From assembly GCF_004010195.1 (NCBI RefSeq), contig NC_057718.1, positions 50,439,380 through 50,503,379 of the forward strand: a DNA stretch of 64,000 bases, in the 5' to 3' direction. Source of the DNA: Chiloscyllium plagiosum. Lineage: Eukaryota. A model generated the notes under the pieces. That model was given only the letters and a program-made list of their open reading frames with translations, made no database searches and was not told the origin of the DNA. Made by a program: the position numbers and the translations under genes. Positions 62,486-64,000 of the stretch are shown here, piece after piece (the first letter of the stretch is position 1; each line of letters begins with the position of its first letter).

Positions 62486-64000
62486 ACAAAAGGTAAAGTC
62501 ACATGGTATCAGAAGTGTGCTCACAAGATGGTTACAGACTGGCTTAGTAATAGGAGACAGAGGGTAGTGGTGGAAGGATGTTTTTCGGAATGAAGGGTTA
62601 CGACTAGTGATGTTCCATGGGGATCAGTGCTGGGGCTGCTTTTCGTGATCCACATAAATGATTTGGAGGAAAATATATCTCATCTAATTAGTAAGTCTGT
62701 GGATGATACAAAGATTGGTGAAGTTGCGGATAGTGAGGAGGATTGTCAGGGGATACAGCAGAATATAGATCAGTCAGACGCAGAAAAATGGTAGAATGAA
62801 ATTAATCTGGACAAATGTGAGGTGATGCATTTTGAAATTATAGAGTGAATGGCAGAACCCTTAGGAGTGATGATATGCAGAGGGATCTGAGTGTGCAGGT
62901 CCACAGATCACTAAAGGAGGCAGCGCAGGTAGATAAGATAGTAAGAAAGGCCAATTGCATGCTTGCCTTCATTGGAAGGGACGGTGAGTATAAGGATAGA
63001 CAAGTTATGCTGCAGCTTTATAGAACTTTAGTTAGGCTAACTTGGAATATTACGTACAGTTCTGGTCACCACACTACCAGAAGGATGTGGATGCTTTGGG
63101 GAGAGTACAAAAAAAGCTTTACCAGTTATGGGGGATTTTAGCTTTGAAGAAAAGTTGGATAGACTGGTTCTATTTTCACTGGATTGCAGAAGGTCGAGGG
63201 GCGACCTGTTAGAAGTTTATAAGATTGTGAATGGCCTGGATAGAGTGGAAAAAACGAGGCTTTTTCTCAGGGTGGCAGGGTCAATTACAAGGGGACACAG
63301 TTTCAAGCTGCGAGGGGGTAAGTTTAAAAGAGATGTGCAAGGCACAAAGGGTGGTGATGCCTTTAACGCATTGCCAGAGGAGGTGGTGGAAGCAGACATA
63401 ATTGCAGCATTCAAGAAGCAACTGGATGAATGCACAAATAGGAAGGGAATAGAGAGATATGGATCCTGTAAGTGAAAACAGTTTTAATATGGAAGGGCAA
63501 AGTGTGTCGGCGAAGGGCCTGTTCTTGTGCTGTTTTGTTCTTTGTTCCTTGTCAGTAGGGAGTAGAATAGGAGCCTGTCCTGCATCTATGGCTAGTGGAT
63601 GATCAAACAGTAGAGGGAGAACCTCAAGCAGACTGAGCAAGGGCAGGTCCCATTTTAGACTAGTGATAAGCAGGTAGAGAATTTGTTCCATGGGAAGAGA
63701 CAACCTAATGTTTCAAATTGTCCATTACGGCAACTGATCAAGATCTGGTTTAATGAGGTTTGGAAGAAGTCCTCAAAAAAAACCATGGGTCCTGATCATA
63801 ATGCCAAAGCATAATGGATTGTAACTCTTTGACATGGAAAATGTCAGCATTATTCAAGAAGGAGTATGGTTAGATTATGATGGCATCCTTTCCTATGCTG
63901 GTGAGAAAGAATCACTCTGGATAAACGTCAGCACACAAAAAAAGTGAGCCGCCACCCTGTGTATTCAAATTAACATGGCTTGTTTGGTTTTTGGACAAAT

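Larger units (their letters stand above)
52885..63545 (+). mobile_element. CR1 ORF2 to 3' end, fragmented by nested insertions
   Basis: Collinear pieces: DLVLGNQPGQV (52930), RIKENLKAFY (54910-55195), EDWRIANV (60660), QHGY..SCLTNIIEFF (62100), GSVLG, DDTKIG, RGHSFKL and a (TTGTTCT)-type tail. Confidence 0.88.

Overview
Eukaryotic, repeat-dominated (well over half TE-derived) intronic or intergenic DNA from a cartilaginous fish, most likely a shark. This is inferred from HE1/V-SINEs with (TAATC)n tails, HER1-like CR1 LINEs and DeuSINE relics. There is no intact host gene; the only credible candidate is one 126-bp frame-preserving exon at 25551-25676. Nearly all ORFs in the track are fragments of decayed retroelements: a near full-length CR1 (27620-31775), a second CR1/L2-group LINE family, Rex1, Tx1, Gypsy relics and solo LTRs. 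The most notable signal is a dense set of Penelope-like elements (PLEs) from at least four families. Their terminal repeats carry minimal hammerhead-ribozyme motifs with family-specific, co-varying stems. One family forms a size series from a 3.9-kb near full-length copy, through 1.2-1.5-kb inverted copies, down to ~170-220-bp palindromic mini-elements with 13-17-bp target-site duplications (TSDs) and an asymmetric ~35-nt tail. The right end (52.9-63.5 kb) is a CR1 broken by a three-level nest of insertions. Family names come from motif recognition, not database searches; boundaries of old repeats are approximate.
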